Below, one piece after another: positions 28,290-37,760 of a stretch of 64,000 nucleotides of DNA. The stretch covers positions 817,469 through 881,468 of the forward strand of contig JAHJQF010000001.1 in NCBI GenBank assembly GCA_018819405.1. Direction: 5' to 3'. The notes below the pieces were generated by a model that saw only the letters and a list, made by a program, of their open reading frames with translations, made no database searches and was not told the DNA's origin. The position numbers and the translations under genes were made by a program. The stretch comes from Patescibacteria group bacterium. Lineage in GTDB: Bacteria > Patescibacteriota > Patescibacteriia > UBA1558 > GWA2-36-10. Each line of letters opens with the position of its first letter. The stretch's first letter is position 1.

Positions 28290-30891
28290 TTTTTATTTGC
28301 TCTTTCAAATAATAACCCGTCACTGATTTTTGATTATTAGCTACTTCCTCAGGTGTACCAGAGGCCACTAATTTTCCACCTTCATCGCCACCCTCTGGAC
28401 CCAAATCCAACAAATAATCCATAGATTTTAACATATGAAGATTATGTTCAATTACTACTACGGTATTTTGTCTGACCACCAACTTATTTAGCACCTGAAG
28501 TAACATCTCCACATCATGATAATGTAAACCCACCGTTGGCTCATCCAGAAGATATAGACTGCGTTTACCTAAAGTATGAGTCAGCTCACGAGCTAATTTG
28601 ATACGCTGAGCCTCACCGCCAGAAAGAGTAGTGGCACTTTGTCCTAGCTGTAGATAACCCAAACCCACCTCTTGCAAAACTTTGAGTTTGTCGGCGATAC
28701 GATAGTTAGCATCAAAATAATCTATAGCTTCATCAATTGTCAGGGCTAGCACTTCGGCAATATTTTTACCTTTGTATTTTACCTGCAAAGTCTCACGGTT
28801 GAATCTTTTACCACGACAGACATCACACTCTACATAAACTGCCGGCAGAAAATGCATTTCTATCAATTTGGCACCCGCTCCGTCACAGGCCTCACACCGT
28901 CCACCCGGACGATTAAAAGAAAATCTGGAAAGTGAATATCCCCTTTCTCTAGCTTCTGGCAGCAGGGCAAAAAAATCTCTAATTGGTGTAAAAATTCCAG
29001 TATAAGTTGCTGGATTAGACCGCGGCGTCCTGCCAATTGGTGATTGATCTATCACTATGACTTTACTGATATATTCACTACCCTCTATCCTAGTTACATC
29101 TTGGAGCTTAAATTTGCCAGGACGATTTTTGATAGCACTGAGATTTTTGTAAAGCACATCATAAAGTAAGCTTGATTTGCCAGAACCAGACACACCACTA
29201 ATGCCCACTAGTTTACGCAAAGGTATCTCTACTTGCAAATTTTTTAGATTATTGGCTCTAGCACCTATCAATTTTAGACTCTCGGTACTTTTTTCCCGAC
29301 GCTTATCAGGAATGTGAATTCGCCTCTTGCCGACCAAATAGTCAACGGTTAATGATTTTTTACTATTGGCCACATTTATAATCTTATTAGTCTCACCAGC
29401 TATCATGACTTCACCGCCGTGTATTCCGGCCATCGGTCCAAGATCCACAAGATAATCTGATGACATGATAGTCTGTTCATCGTGCTCTACTATTATTACT
29501 GAGTTGTTTTTGCTTTGCAAAGATCTTAGAGTTTCAATCAATCTAGAAGTGTCTCTTTCATGAAGGCCGATAGTTGGCTCATCAAGAACATACAAAGTGC
29601 GGGATAAATGTGATCCGATCTGGGATGACAGTCTGATACGCTGTGCCTCGCCGCCAGATAATGTATGAGCTCGTCTGTCTAAAGTAAGATAATTTAAACC
29701 AACTTTGAGTAAAAATTCCAAACGACTAATAATCTCAACCACTACCGGCTCAGCAATAACCCGATGATTATCCGGCATATTAGTAAAATAATCTTCAAAA
29801 AATTTGTGCGCCTTATCAATTGACCAAGCACTAATCTCGGCAATATTAACCTTGTTTATTCTGATTGATAAAGTCTCGGGTCTAAGCCTCAGACCATGAC
29901 AATCACCGCAAGTATCTTCATCTTCCCAAGATACCATACCTAGGCCATGACAAGTTGGACAAGCACCGTGTGGACTGTTGAAAGAAAAGAGTCTTGGCTC
30001 TATTTCCGGAAAAGAAAAATTGTCTTTGGGACAAGTCCAATTGGCTGATAAAAGCATTTCTTCGGATTTTTTCTTTTGACTGTCAAACAGGATTGTAATT
30101 ACTCCTTGACCATAGTCCAAAGCACTTTCTACTGCCTCATAAAGACGGGTACGATCACTGAGCATTATTTTATCTACTACAATATCAATATCATGTTTTT
30201 TGTACCTAGCCAGATTTATTTTGTCGTGCAAATTATGAAGTTTGCCATCTACTCTAGCCTGAGAATAACCCAAAGACAAGTAATCATACAAAAGTTGGTA
30301 ATATTCTCCTTTTCTGCCACGAACTACTGGAGCTAGGATGGTAATATACTTATCACCTCGGTCTTTAGCTTTTTTACTTATTATGTCTATCATCTCATCC
30401 ACCGACAGTTTTTCTATCTTGGTCTTACAAATTGGACAATATACCTCACCCAACCTAGCAAATAAGACACGCAAATAATCATATATTTCAGTCAATGTAC
30501 CGACTGTAGAGCGCGGATTGTGACTCAATGATTTTTGATCTATAGAAATAGATGGAGCTAGACCAATTATCTCATCAACCTCGGCCGGCTTCATCTGTCC
30601 CAAAAATTGCCGAGCATAAGGGGAAAGAGATTCAATATATCTGCGTTGCCCCTCGGCAAAGATAGTATCAAAAGCCAAAGATGACTTACCACTGCCTGAC
30701 ACACCAGTAATAACAACCAGCTTATTGTGCGGTATAGTTAAATTTATATTTTTCAAATTGTGCATGCGCGCACCTTTGATTATTATATTTTCATCCATAT
30801 TATTTTCTTTGTTTATTCTCAATATCCAAAAATCTGGAAATTTCTTTTTTAATTGTCTTTGGCTTGATGCCGTGCTTTCTATTGTAGGCAA
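28264..30891 (-). CDS. uvrA: Excinuclease ABC subunit A
   Basis: 875 aa with two ABC ATPase modules (GVSGSGKSSL twice), zinc-finger Cys clusters and signature LSGGEAQRI twice. Overlaps the uvrC start by 26 nt. Confidence 0.95.
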   Translation of the reverse strand: MPTIESTASSQRQLKKKFPDFWILRINKENNMDENIIIKGARMHNLKNINLTIPHNKLVVITGVSGSGKSSLAFDTIFAEGQRRYIESLSPYARQFLGQMKPAEVDEIIGLAPSISIDQKSLSHNPRSTVGTLTEIYDYLRVLFARLGEVYCPICKTKIEKLSVDEMIDIISKKAKDRGDKYITILAPVVRGRKGEYYQLLYDYLSLGYSQARVDGKLHNLHDKINLARYKKHDIDIVVDKIMLSDRTRLYEAVESALDYGQGVITILFDSQKKKSEEMLLSANWTCPKDNFSFPEIEPRLFSFNSPHGACPTCHGLGMVSWEDEDTCGDCHGLRLRPETLSIRINKVNIAEISAWSIDKAHKFFEDYFTNMPDNHRVIAEPVVVEIISRLEFLLKVGLNYLTLDRRAHTLSGGEAQRIRLSSQIGSHLSRTLYVLDEPTIGLHERDTSRLIETLRSLQSKNNSVIIVEHDEQTIMSSDYLVDLGPMAGIHGGEVMIAGETNKIINVANSKKSLTVDYLVGKRRIHIPDKRREKSTESLKLIGARANNLKNLQVEIPLRKLVGISGVSGSGKSSLLYDVLYKNLSAIKNRPGKFKLQDVTRIEGSEYISKVIVIDQSPIGRTPRSNPATYTGIFTPIRDFFALLPEARERGYSLSRFSFNRPGGRCEACDGAGAKLIEMHFLPAVYVECDVCRGKRFNRETLQVKYKGKNIAEVLALTIDEAIDYFDANYRIADKLKVLQEVGLGYLQLGQSATTLSGGEAQRIKLARELTHTLGKRSLYLLDEPTVGLHYHDVEMLLQVLNKLVVRQNTVVVIEHNLHMLKSMDYLLDLGPEGGDEGGKLVASGTPEEVANNQKSVTGYYLKEQIKNDKVKRKN

Positions 30892-32635
30892 TTTGTTTTT
30901 CCCGTCTTCTCTCCACTTCAGCCATAGCCCTTTTTATAGAACCAGTTTTTTTATCAGCGTACAAAATGACCTTGCCATTTACATTTCTGGCTGCTCTACC
31001 CATAATTTGCATCAAAGATGTCTCACTCCTCAAAAATCCTTCACGATCAGCATCAAGAATGGCCACCAAGCTAACCTCCGGCAAATCTAATCCTTCTCTT
31101 AGCAAATTAACGCCAACTAATACATCAAATTTTCCGCTCCTAAAATCCATCAAAATATCGGCTCTTTCTACGGTTTTTATATCAGAATGAAGAAAATTTG
31201 ACTTAATTTTCTTAGATTTTAAATAACTGTGTAAATCTTCGGCCTGCTTCTTGGTCAAAGTATTTACTATTGTCCTGTCATGGCTTTTTACCAATATTCC
31301 TATCTCGGATACTATATCATCTATCTGGGTGCGATTTTTCTTTTTATCAAAAATTGGTCGCACTTCTACTGGTGGATCAATCAAGCCAGTGGGTCGGATA
31401 AGCTGCTGGACAATCTGTTTGGAGTGTTCTATTTCCCAATTACCGGGAGTAGCCGAAGTAAAAATAACCTGCCCCACTCTATCCAAAAATTCTTCAAAAC
31501 GGAGTGGTCTATTATCCAAAGCTGACGGCAAACGCCAGCCATATTGAGATAATATTTCCTTACGACTTTTATCCCCCATATACATACCCCTGATTTGTGG
31601 CAAAGCAATGTGTGATTCATCAATAATTGTCAAAAAATCTTTTTTATCAAAATAAGCCAAAAGTGTATCCGGTGCTTGCCCAAGCAACTTACCAGTCAGA
31701 TGCCTAGAATAATTTTCTATACCATGACAGTAGCCCAAAGATTTCATCATCTCCATATCAAAACGTGTACGACGCTCTAGTCTTTCAGCTTCTAGATAAA
31801 GCTTCTTTTTATTAAAATATTTTAAACGTTCTTGGAGCTCATCTTTTATCTCTTTGATAGCCTGTTCAATCTCGGGCTGAGAAGAAACAAAATGTTTAGG
31901 CGGAAAAACTACTATCTCTTTTAGGCTACTAGATATTTTTCTGCTCAATTTTTCCAACAAATCTATTGAACTAATTTTTTGTTCAATAAATTCTATACGA
32001 TAGACAGTCTCCTCAGAGGCCGGCATTATCTCAAATACATCACCTCGTACTCTAAATTTACCTCGACCAAGTTCTCCGGGTGTGCGTTCAAATTGCATTT
32101 TGATAAGTTGCCTAATAAGATCACCACGGACAATAGGCTGACCAACCGCCAGACGCAAAGCGTGCTCCAAATAATTTAGTGGTATTCCCAAATTATAAAT
32201 ACAAGAAACCGAAGCCACTATAATCACATCTTTTCTAGTCAGAAGCGCACTAGTAGCCTGATGGCGCAATCTATCAATCTCATCATTTATCATTGCCTCT
32301 TTTTCAATGTAAGTGTCAGTAATCGGCATATAAGCTTCCGGCTGATAATAATCATAATAAGAAACAAAATAATTCACTGAATTTTCAGGGAAAAACATTT
32401 TGTATTCATGATAAAGCTGAGCGGCCAGTGCTTTGTTGGGAGCAATCACCAAAACAGGCCGATTGAATTTTTGAATTACATTGGCCATGGTAAAAGTCTT
32501 ACCAGATCCAGTCACTCCCAAAAGTGTCTGAAAGTCGTGACCTCTTTCTAAGCCACCGGCCAACTTGGTTATAGCTTGTGGTTGATCACCAGCCGGTTCA
32601 AATTTTGACTTTATTTTAAATATTTTATCCTTCAT
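30800..32635 (-). CDS. uvrB: Excinuclease ABC subunit B (start placed at the internal ATG, MKDKIFKIK...)
   Basis: Helicase motifs GVTGSGKTF and DESH, a beta-hairpin region and a C-terminal UVR domain. The track ORF starts 21 codons upstream in AT-rich sequence. Confidence 0.9.
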   Translation of the reverse strand: MKDKIFKIKSKFEPAGDQPQAITKLAGGLERGHDFQTLLGVTGSGKTFTMANVIQKFNRPVLVIAPNKALAAQLYHEYKMFFPENSVNYFVSYYDYYQPEAYMPITDTYIEKEAMINDEIDRLRHQATSALLTRKDVIIVASVSCIYNLGIPLNYLEHALRLAVGQPIVRGDLIRQLIKMQFERTPGELGRGKFRVRGDVFEIMPASEETVYRIEFIEQKISSIDLLEKLSRKISSSLKEIVVFPPKHFVSSQPEIEQAIKEIKDELQERLKYFNKKKLYLEAERLERRTRFDMEMMKSLGYCHGIENYSRHLTGKLLGQAPDTLLAYFDKKDFLTIIDESHIALPQIRGMYMGDKSRKEILSQYGWRLPSALDNRPLRFEEFLDRVGQVIFTSATPGNWEIEHSKQIVQQLIRPTGLIDPPVEVRPIFDKKKNRTQIDDIVSEIGILVKSHDRTIVNTLTKKQAEDLHSYLKSKKIKSNFLHSDIKTVERADILMDFRSGKFDVLVGVNLLREGLDLPEVSLVAILDADREGFLRSETSLMQIMGRAARNVNGKVILYADKKTGSIKRAMAEVERRREKQIAYNRKHGIKPKTIKKEISRFLDIENKQRK

Positions 32636-32743
32636 AAATTTATATAAATAGCACAAAGGCCCCAAGTTTTTTTGGGGTGAGTATATATAATAATACAAGA
32701 CACAAAAATATGCAAAATATAAATAATTAGTTTCCCAATGCTA

Positions 32744-32772
32744 TTGACAAAAAACTAAATATATGTTAATAT
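32744..32772 (+). promoter_or_regulatory. Consensus sigma70 promoter (TTGACA-17-TAATAT) driving the ncRNA candidate
   Basis: ttgacaaaaaactaaatatatgttaatat. Confidence 0.6.
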
Positions 32773-32778
32773 AGCAAG

Positions 32779-33030
32779 GTTCAACTAATAATAACTTTTC
32801 TTTCAATTCGCAGGAGAAAAATTTAGGTGATAGATTGCCGCGCGGCTCTCGCTAGCGCTGTCCAATTCTTAAGTGCTCAAACACTGCGGGATTGTTGACA
32901 CCTCGCGCAGCAAATCAGGTCACCTGGGATAGCTATTTGAACTAGCACATCGCCTGTTCAAGTCCCCGCTCCTGCTTGGAGCCCGATACTACACAATGGA
33001 ACAAAACGTGTGGGTCGGGCTCTTTTTTTT
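32779..33030 (+). ncRNA. Unclassified GC-rich structured small RNA candidate (~250 nt), stand-alone between uvrB and rlmN
   Basis: Promoter upstream, then a GC-rich noncoding stretch with multiple palindromes (cgctagcg, agtgctcaaacact, ccgcgcgg...cgcgcag). Ends in a strong terminator gagcccga...tcgggctc plus T8. No ORF with an RBS. Confidence 0.5.
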
Positions 33031-33060
33031 GTCAAAAGAAAAACCCTTTTTGTGTTGGAA

Positions 33061-34053
33061 TTATTTTTTATCAGTAGCCAGCTGTCCACAAGCTGCCTCT
33101 ATATCTCTACCAAAACTATAACGCTGAGTAACTGATATTCCTTCTCTTTCCAAAAGATGACGAAATTTTTGTATGTCTTTGACGTCACTGGCTTTGAAGA
33201 CATCTGTCGGATTATAAGAAATAAGATTGACCATATACAAAGGTTTTTTCATTAACCGAGCCAATTCTTCAGCATGTTTTGGCTGATCATTTACTCCTTT
33301 GATCATCAAATATTCAAACATAACCCGACGACCGGTTTTGGCAATATATTCGTCAACCTCTTTTAGTAGTTTAGTAATATTAAAACCACGATTTATAGGC
33401 ATGAGTTCACTTCTCAATTTGTCATTTGGTGCATGAAGCGACACTGCCAAATTGACTTGAAAATTTTCACTAGCTAATTTTTTGATACCATGAATTACAC
33501 CACTGGTAGAAATAGAAATGCGTCTGGCTCCAATGTGCAAATCTTCATTAAGATACTTGATAGCCTTGATCACATTTTCATAATTTAAAAATGGCTCCCC
33601 CATCCCCATAAATACCACATTGGAAACACGATCATTACTTTTGGCCAAATATCTGCTAAAAAATAAAACCTGCTCTATGATTTCATTATAATCAAGATTT
33701 CTTTTTAAACCCATTTTACCGGTAGCACAAAAAGTACAGCCCAAAGGACAGCCAACTTGAGTAGACACACAGACTGTAAAGCGCCCGTCTTTGTGCCCCA
33801 AAAGTACAGTCTCTATTTTCAAACCATCAGACAAAGTAATCAAAGCTTTGGTAGATTGAGTGTTTTTGGAAGCAAAAATTTGCCCATCAATTTCTAAAGG
33901 ACAAACTTCATTTAATTTTTCCTTCAAATCCTTGGGTATATTACTAGCCTCAGACCAATTGGTGACCATTTTCTCAAAAATAGCCTCTTTGGCCTGTTTT
34001 ACCCTATATTTAGGCTGTTCTGCCAAGACTTCATATAAATTTTCTAAATTCAT
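33061..34053 (-). CDS. rlmN: 23S rRNA (adenine2503-C2)-methyltransferase, radical SAM
   Basis: 330 aa with the CPLGCTFCATG radical-SAM Cys motif and the MGMGEP block. Confidence 0.85.
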   Translation of the reverse strand: MNLENLYEVLAEQPKYRVKQAKEAIFEKMVTNWSEASNIPKDLKEKLNEVCPLEIDGQIFASKNTQSTKALITLSDGLKIETVLLGHKDGRFTVCVSTQVGCPLGCTFCATGKMGLKRNLDYNEIIEQVLFFSRYLAKSNDRVSNVVFMGMGEPFLNYENVIKAIKYLNEDLHIGARRISISTSGVIHGIKKLASENFQVNLAVSLHAPNDKLRSELMPINRGFNITKLLKEVDEYIAKTGRRVMFEYLMIKGVNDQPKHAEELARLMKKPLYMVNLISYNPTDVFKASDVKDIQKFRHLLEREGISVTQRYSFGRDIEAACGQLATDKK

Positions 34054-34132
34054 AATTGTATTATATCAAAAGTCCTAGTAAATACTAGGACTTAATTGAA
34101 TAGACTAGTTGATAAAAGCTTATCTGTCAAAC

Positions 34133-35860
34133 CTAAGCTCTCTTTCTTTTAAAAATAAATCCAGCAACCACCAACAAAATAATTACTATTCCCCAAATCA
34201 TATTTTTATTATTACTTGAAGAATTATCTTCCAAAAAAATACTATCAGTATTTTGATTATCTATTGGCGTATTATCTACAAGCTGCTCTGGCTCAGTAAT
34301 GCTTTTTATGTTTTCATCTTTATCAAACTCCACATAAGTATCTGGCTGACCGTCACCTGTAGTATCATGAGCCTCGGTCATAAGATACAAATCATCATCA
34401 AATCTAAGCCAAGTATCATCCTGACTATTACTGTCGCTATCGTAGACTGCCAAAAGCAATTTATCACCATTATAATACAATTTACTACCGTCCTCTTCTT
34501 CCAATCTATCATAATTTATATTGGAGCTGGCAAAGACAATTGTCTGTTCCGGATTTTCTTCAGTCTGAGCCAAAGCACTATTTAGAAAATGCCAAGAAGT
34601 ATCTTTGTCCTTTTGCCAATTAGCTTTTTGCTCATTACACTGACTTTCCAAAATATCTTTTATTCTGGTCTTTTCTTTGGCTTCCCAACCAGTTGCTTCG
34701 GCTTGCAATCTAGCTATTTCTTTTTCATTGGCCAAAAGCTCTGCCCGACGGGCGGCATTTTCCCGATAACTATCAGCGATAGCCTCGGTCAAAAACTGAT
34801 TGGTAATACGCTGGTCACGCAAAATATCAAATTCCTCCTGACTAATATCAGCTGATGGCAAAATTGCATTGCGAGAATCAGTGGCTATTTGTTTTACTAC
34901 TGACGTAGGATCACCTATGCTCTCTAGAGCTTCTAAGGCGGCATTGACTCCTATAGAAGCTACTTTACCTTTGGCATCACTAGTGTCTATTGCTAGTTTG
35001 GAATTAGCCGGAACACTGGCTTGAAATACCTTTAATGCCGCTCCAATTCTTTCAATCTGTTCAGTACCAGACAATACCTTACTATATGACTGACCAGTGC
35101 CAATGCCAGACTTGATTGTAGTATAAGTAATATAAGCCAAACGGGTAGTGGCTTTTATCAAATTGTTTCTCATATTTTGCACCAAAGCCATTTTATATTC
35201 CCGCAAAGCTAGGCGCATCTCCCTATCAATTTCCATATCTCTTTCAAGCTCAGCATTTCTAGCCATCAATTCAATTATTTTTTCATAAGTAGCTGTGTGT
35301 TGTTGCACTTCCCAGCTTCTGACACCTGGCTCTAGACGATAATCAAAATCAGAATACTTTTTCCAATCAGTATCAAATTGTCCTTCTATCAGATTGCAAT
35401 CACTATCAAATGGACCGTCTGGGACAAAACCAGCTGTATCAGCATCTGGGGGTTCTTTGGAATCATTTTCTTCTGGTTTTACACATTTGTCTCCTTGTTT
35501 GATATAAGGATCTTCACAGTAATTACACTGTTTATTTTTGTAAATACCGCCAGCTAGCTCACAATTGTCGGCAAAAGTATCAAGTAGACCCTGTGCCCAT
35601 TTGTCGTATTCATCTTGGACATAGCTATTGGCTGCTGACTTATCCAAGCCAATATTGTCACAATATTCATTGTGAAAAGCACACTTACAATACTGAAAAT
35701 TCATCACCACCCCGCAAAAATCATCTTTGATATCTGGTTTTTGAAATTTTTCTATTTTTCCTTTGCTGCAGCCGGAAAAAACAAAAAGGGCCAAAAATAA
35801 GGTGCCCATTAAAACAAAAGATTTGTTATTTTTCATATATTTAAAGCAATTGTTAGCCAA
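34133..35860 (-). CDS. Hypothetical lipoprotein / coiled-coil surface protein with C-terminal TM anchor
   Basis: 575 aa. Signal peptide with a lipobox-like FSGC, Cys-rich N-domain, long coiled coil, Asp-rich C-terminal region and a terminal hydrophobic helix. Confidence 0.4.
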   Translation of the reverse strand: MANNCFKYMKNNKSFVLMGTLFLALFVFSGCSKGKIEKFQKPDIKDDFCGVVMNFQYCKCAFHNEYCDNIGLDKSAANSYVQDEYDKWAQGLLDTFADNCELAGGIYKNKQCNYCEDPYIKQGDKCVKPEENDSKEPPDADTAGFVPDGPFDSDCNLIEGQFDTDWKKYSDFDYRLEPGVRSWEVQQHTATYEKIIELMARNAELERDMEIDREMRLALREYKMALVQNMRNNLIKATTRLAYITYTTIKSGIGTGQSYSKVLSGTEQIERIGAALKVFQASVPANSKLAIDTSDAKGKVASIGVNAALEALESIGDPTSVVKQIATDSRNAILPSADISQEEFDILRDQRITNQFLTEAIADSYRENAARRAELLANEKEIARLQAEATGWEAKEKTRIKDILESQCNEQKANWQKDKDTSWHFLNSALAQTEENPEQTIVFASSNINYDRLEEEDGSKLYYNGDKLLLAVYDSDSNSQDDTWLRFDDDLYLMTEAHDTTGDGQPDTYVEFDKDENIKSITEPEQLVDNTPIDNQNTDSIFLEDNSSSNNKNMIWGIVIILLVVAGFIFKRKRA

Positions 35861-36014
35861 ATATATCTAAATTATAACCTGCTATATAAAATATTGTCAA
35901 AAATCTCATATATTGACAAAAAATCTAAAAAATTATACTATATATTGTTTTCCAAGCGCAAGAAAGCTATATGCTAACTTGCTAAATTGTTCACACAAGC
36001 CTGGAGGAAAGTAC

Positions 36015-36470
36015 ATGGAACGGAAATACCTGACTTTTGAAATGTCCGGACAGATCATTGCACTATGGGTTCTGCAAATTAAAGAAATCTCTGATATGCA
36101 AAATATTCATCTGGTACCCAACGCTGGCGACGGTCTGCTGGGCGTGTTCGCATTGCGAGGTCGCAACATACCGGTCTTTGAATTCCGCACTGGCGAGCCG
36201 CGAATCAGCGAATGCATCATCGTCATCAAAGTGGATGCACCCAATCTGCATAGTTTCGCGCTGATCGTGGATAGACCCGAAGAGGTCTTGAGTATTCCGG
36301 ATGATTTGCCTCGCTCGCCGATCGAAGAAAAAACTCTGCGTCAAGCAGTGACGCCGGCTTGTCAAGGTATCAAATACCAGGTCTCCCACGATGACCGCCA
36401 ATTCTGGCTGATGGATCCTGAGAACATCCTGAGCAAAGAGCAGTTGGCCAGAGCCGCCTCACTGCTCTAG
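36015..36470 (+). CDS. GC-rich cassette F, gene 1: CheW-like domain protein (151 aa)
   Basis: TTGACA-17-TACTAT promoter, RBS ctggaggaaagtac then ATG. Core LTFEMSGQIIALWVLQIKEISDMQNIHLVPNAGDGLLGVFALRGRNIPVFEFR matches the CheW fold (hhxFxhxxxxYxhxhxxVxEIxxxxxIxxVPxxPxxhxGhhNLRGxxhPVhDLR). Confidence 0.65.
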   Translation: MERKYLTFEMSGQIIALWVLQIKEISDMQNIHLVPNAGDGLLGVFALRGRNIPVFEFRTGEPRISECIIVIKVDAPNLHSFALIVDRPEEVLSIPDDLPRSPIEEKTLRQAVTPACQGIKYQVSHDDRQFWLMDPENILSKEQLARAASLL

Positions 36471-36521
36471 AGCCTTAGCCATTACAACAGGCCAAAAAAG
36501 GTCTAAAACAAGGAGTCTGCC

Positions 36522-36830
36522 ATGATTCACTTTGAGCTGCACCTGCTGGCGTCCAGTCTCGGCCATTTCAAATCAGAAATACAGTTCAAAATAACCGACG
36601 TCGCCGAAAAACTGGAACTTCGCGAGGCTACTCTGGAGATCATCGAGGTCAAGTGCCTAATCAATTTGAACAACGCCTCGGCCTACCCTCACGATTGGGG
36701 GCGCCTGATCATTCAATGTGATGATAGCCACATGATCCAGGAAATCATAAAGGCACTGCAGGAGTCTGACTTCGGTATGATGATCAGCACCACAACCGAT
36801 GTTTTTGTCCCATCCCGACCCACGACATGA
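36522..36830 (+). CDS. GC-rich cassette F, gene 2: hypothetical 102-aa protein (possible ACT/ferredoxin-like fold)
   Basis: RBS acaaggagtctgcc then ATG, co-oriented 50 nt after the CheW-like gene, followed by terminator gccggggtccca-catatg-ggactccggc plus T6. Confidence 0.5.
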   Translation: MIHFELHLLASSLGHFKSEIQFKITDVAEKLELREATLEIIEVKCLINLNNASAYPHDWGRLIIQCDDSHMIQEIIKALQESDFGMMISTTTDVFVPSRPTT

Positions 36831-36896
36831 TGGACTCCTATCCGTTCGTCGATGAACACATCTAGAACCTCGACTGATGGAGTTCATACCTAGACA

Positions 36897-36935
36897 GCCG
36901 GGGTCCCACATATGGGACTCCGGCCTACTTTTTTA
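36897..36935 (+). terminator. Rho-independent terminator of cassette F
   Basis: gccggggtcccacatatgggactccggcctactttttt. Confidence 0.65.
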
Positions 36936-36952
36936 TATAAACACAATAAACA

Positions 36953-36981
36953 TTGACATTTGCAGCCTTTTTGTTTATAAT
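36953..36981 (+). promoter_or_regulatory. Consensus sigma70 promoter (TTGACA-17-TATAAT) for the tRNA-Thr/rpmG island
   Basis: ttgacatttgcagcctttttgtttataat, about 22 nt before the tRNA 5' end. Confidence 0.65.
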
Positions 36982-37003
36982 TTACCCCGTATTTAAAAAA
37001 TCC

Positions 37004-37079
37004 GCCGGGATAGCTCAGTTGGTAGAGCAACGGTTTTGTAAACCGTGGGTCGGGGGTTCAAATCCTCTTCCCGGCTCCA
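37004..37079 (+). tRNA. tRNA-Thr (anticodon TGT)
   Basis: gccgggatagctcagttggtagagcaacggttttgtaaaccgtgggtcgggggttcaaatcctcttcccggctcca. Cloverleaf with acceptor gccggga/tcccggc, anticodon loop tttgtaa and encoded CCA. Confidence 0.85.
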
Positions 37080-37181
37080 TATAATAATTGCCTAATAGTA
37101 TAATTGTTTAATTGAATAATTGATATTAGACAAAAAACTATTATACTATTAACCTATTAATCAATTAACCTAATAATTTTT

Positions 37182-37337
37182 ATGTCACAAGATAATCTAG
37201 CCAAACTGGAATGCACTGATTGCAAAACTATCAATTATCACAGTCATCGTAACAAAAAAACAGTCAAAGAAAGACTGGAAATGAAAAAGTATTGCAAAAA
37301 GTGCAAGAAACATACTATGCACAAAGAGACTAAATAA
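37182..37337 (+). CDS. rpmG: 50S ribosomal protein L33 (zinc-ribbon type)
   Basis: 51 aa: [51 protein letters not shown], the CxxC...CxxC L33 pattern. Below the ORF-track length cutoff. Confidence 0.7.
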   Translation: MSQDNLAKLECTDCKTINYHSHRNKKTVKERLEMKKYCKKCKKHTMHKETK

Positions 37338-37350
37338 TTTGGTCTTTTGA

Positions 37351-37473
37351 GGGGGAGTAGTATAGTGGTAGTCCACCCAGCCGCTCGCGAGCAGCTGGGA
37401 CAGGGGTCTCCACCCAGCCCTTCGCGAAGGGCTGGGTCCACCACAGCCACCATTGTTGGCTGGGTCCAAAACC
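37351..37473 (+). pseudogene. 5' portion of a split tRNA-like gene (acceptor + D-arm + CCA-type anticodon-stem region) interrupted by three GC-rich hairpin elements
   Basis: gggggagtagtatagtggtag, then hairpins tccacccagccgctcgcgagcagctggg, acccagcccttcgcgaagggctgggtcc and accacagccaccattgttggctgggtcc between ggtctcc and aaaacc. No T-arm. Its acceptor is complementary to the 3' piece at 37933-37939. Confidence 0.45.
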
Positions 37474-37515
37474 TAAAAAAGCATAATTAAAACAAGAAAA
37501 GCGATTATTTATTAT

Positions 37516-37752
37516 GTGTATATTTTAAAATTAAATAGCGGCAGATTTTATATAGGTTATACGAAAAATATAAAAAGAAGATTATCTGAACACAAAAGAA
37601 AAAAATCTTACATAACTGGCCGAGAAAAATGTTTTGAATTAATCTACTTTGAAGCTTATAATGAGATATACCCAGCTCAAGAAAGAGAGAAAAAACTCAA
37701 ACAATACGGATCAGCTTATCATGGATTATTAAAAAGGTTAAAAATTCGCTAA
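37516..37752 (+). CDS. GIY-YIG nuclease-family small protein (78 aa), second copy in the window
   Basis: MYILKLNSGRFYIGYTKNIKRRLSEHK...E..K. Sits between the two halves of the split tRNA-like gene. Confidence 0.7.
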   Translation: MYILKLNSGRFYIGYTKNIKRRLSEHKRKKSYITGREKCFELIYFEAYNEIYPAQEREKKLKQYGSAYHGLLKRLKIR

Positions 37753-37760
37753 CAGTTGGA

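Noticed and set aside
30800-32698. The 632-aa uvrB track ORF start (MYYYIYSPQKNL...)
   Set aside because: The first 21 codons are AT-rich low-complexity sequence with no similarity to UvrB. The internal ATG (MKDKIFKIK) at 32635 aligns with UvrB N-termini, so the start was moved.
32779-33030. SRP RNA, tmRNA or RNase P identity for the GC-rich RNA candidate
   Set aside because: The diagnostic blocks could not be found by eye: the SRP helix-8 GGAA tetraloop with AGCAGC, the tRNA-like termini of tmRNA, or the RNase P GGAAAGUCCGG and ACAGNRA elements. It is also too short for RNase P or tmRNA. Left unclassified.
37197-37469. Minus-strand ORFs (90 and 69 aa) over the rpmG / tRNA-fragment region
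   Set aside because: They overlap the L33 gene and the GC-rich tRNA-like hairpin elements on the other strand, with no start signals.
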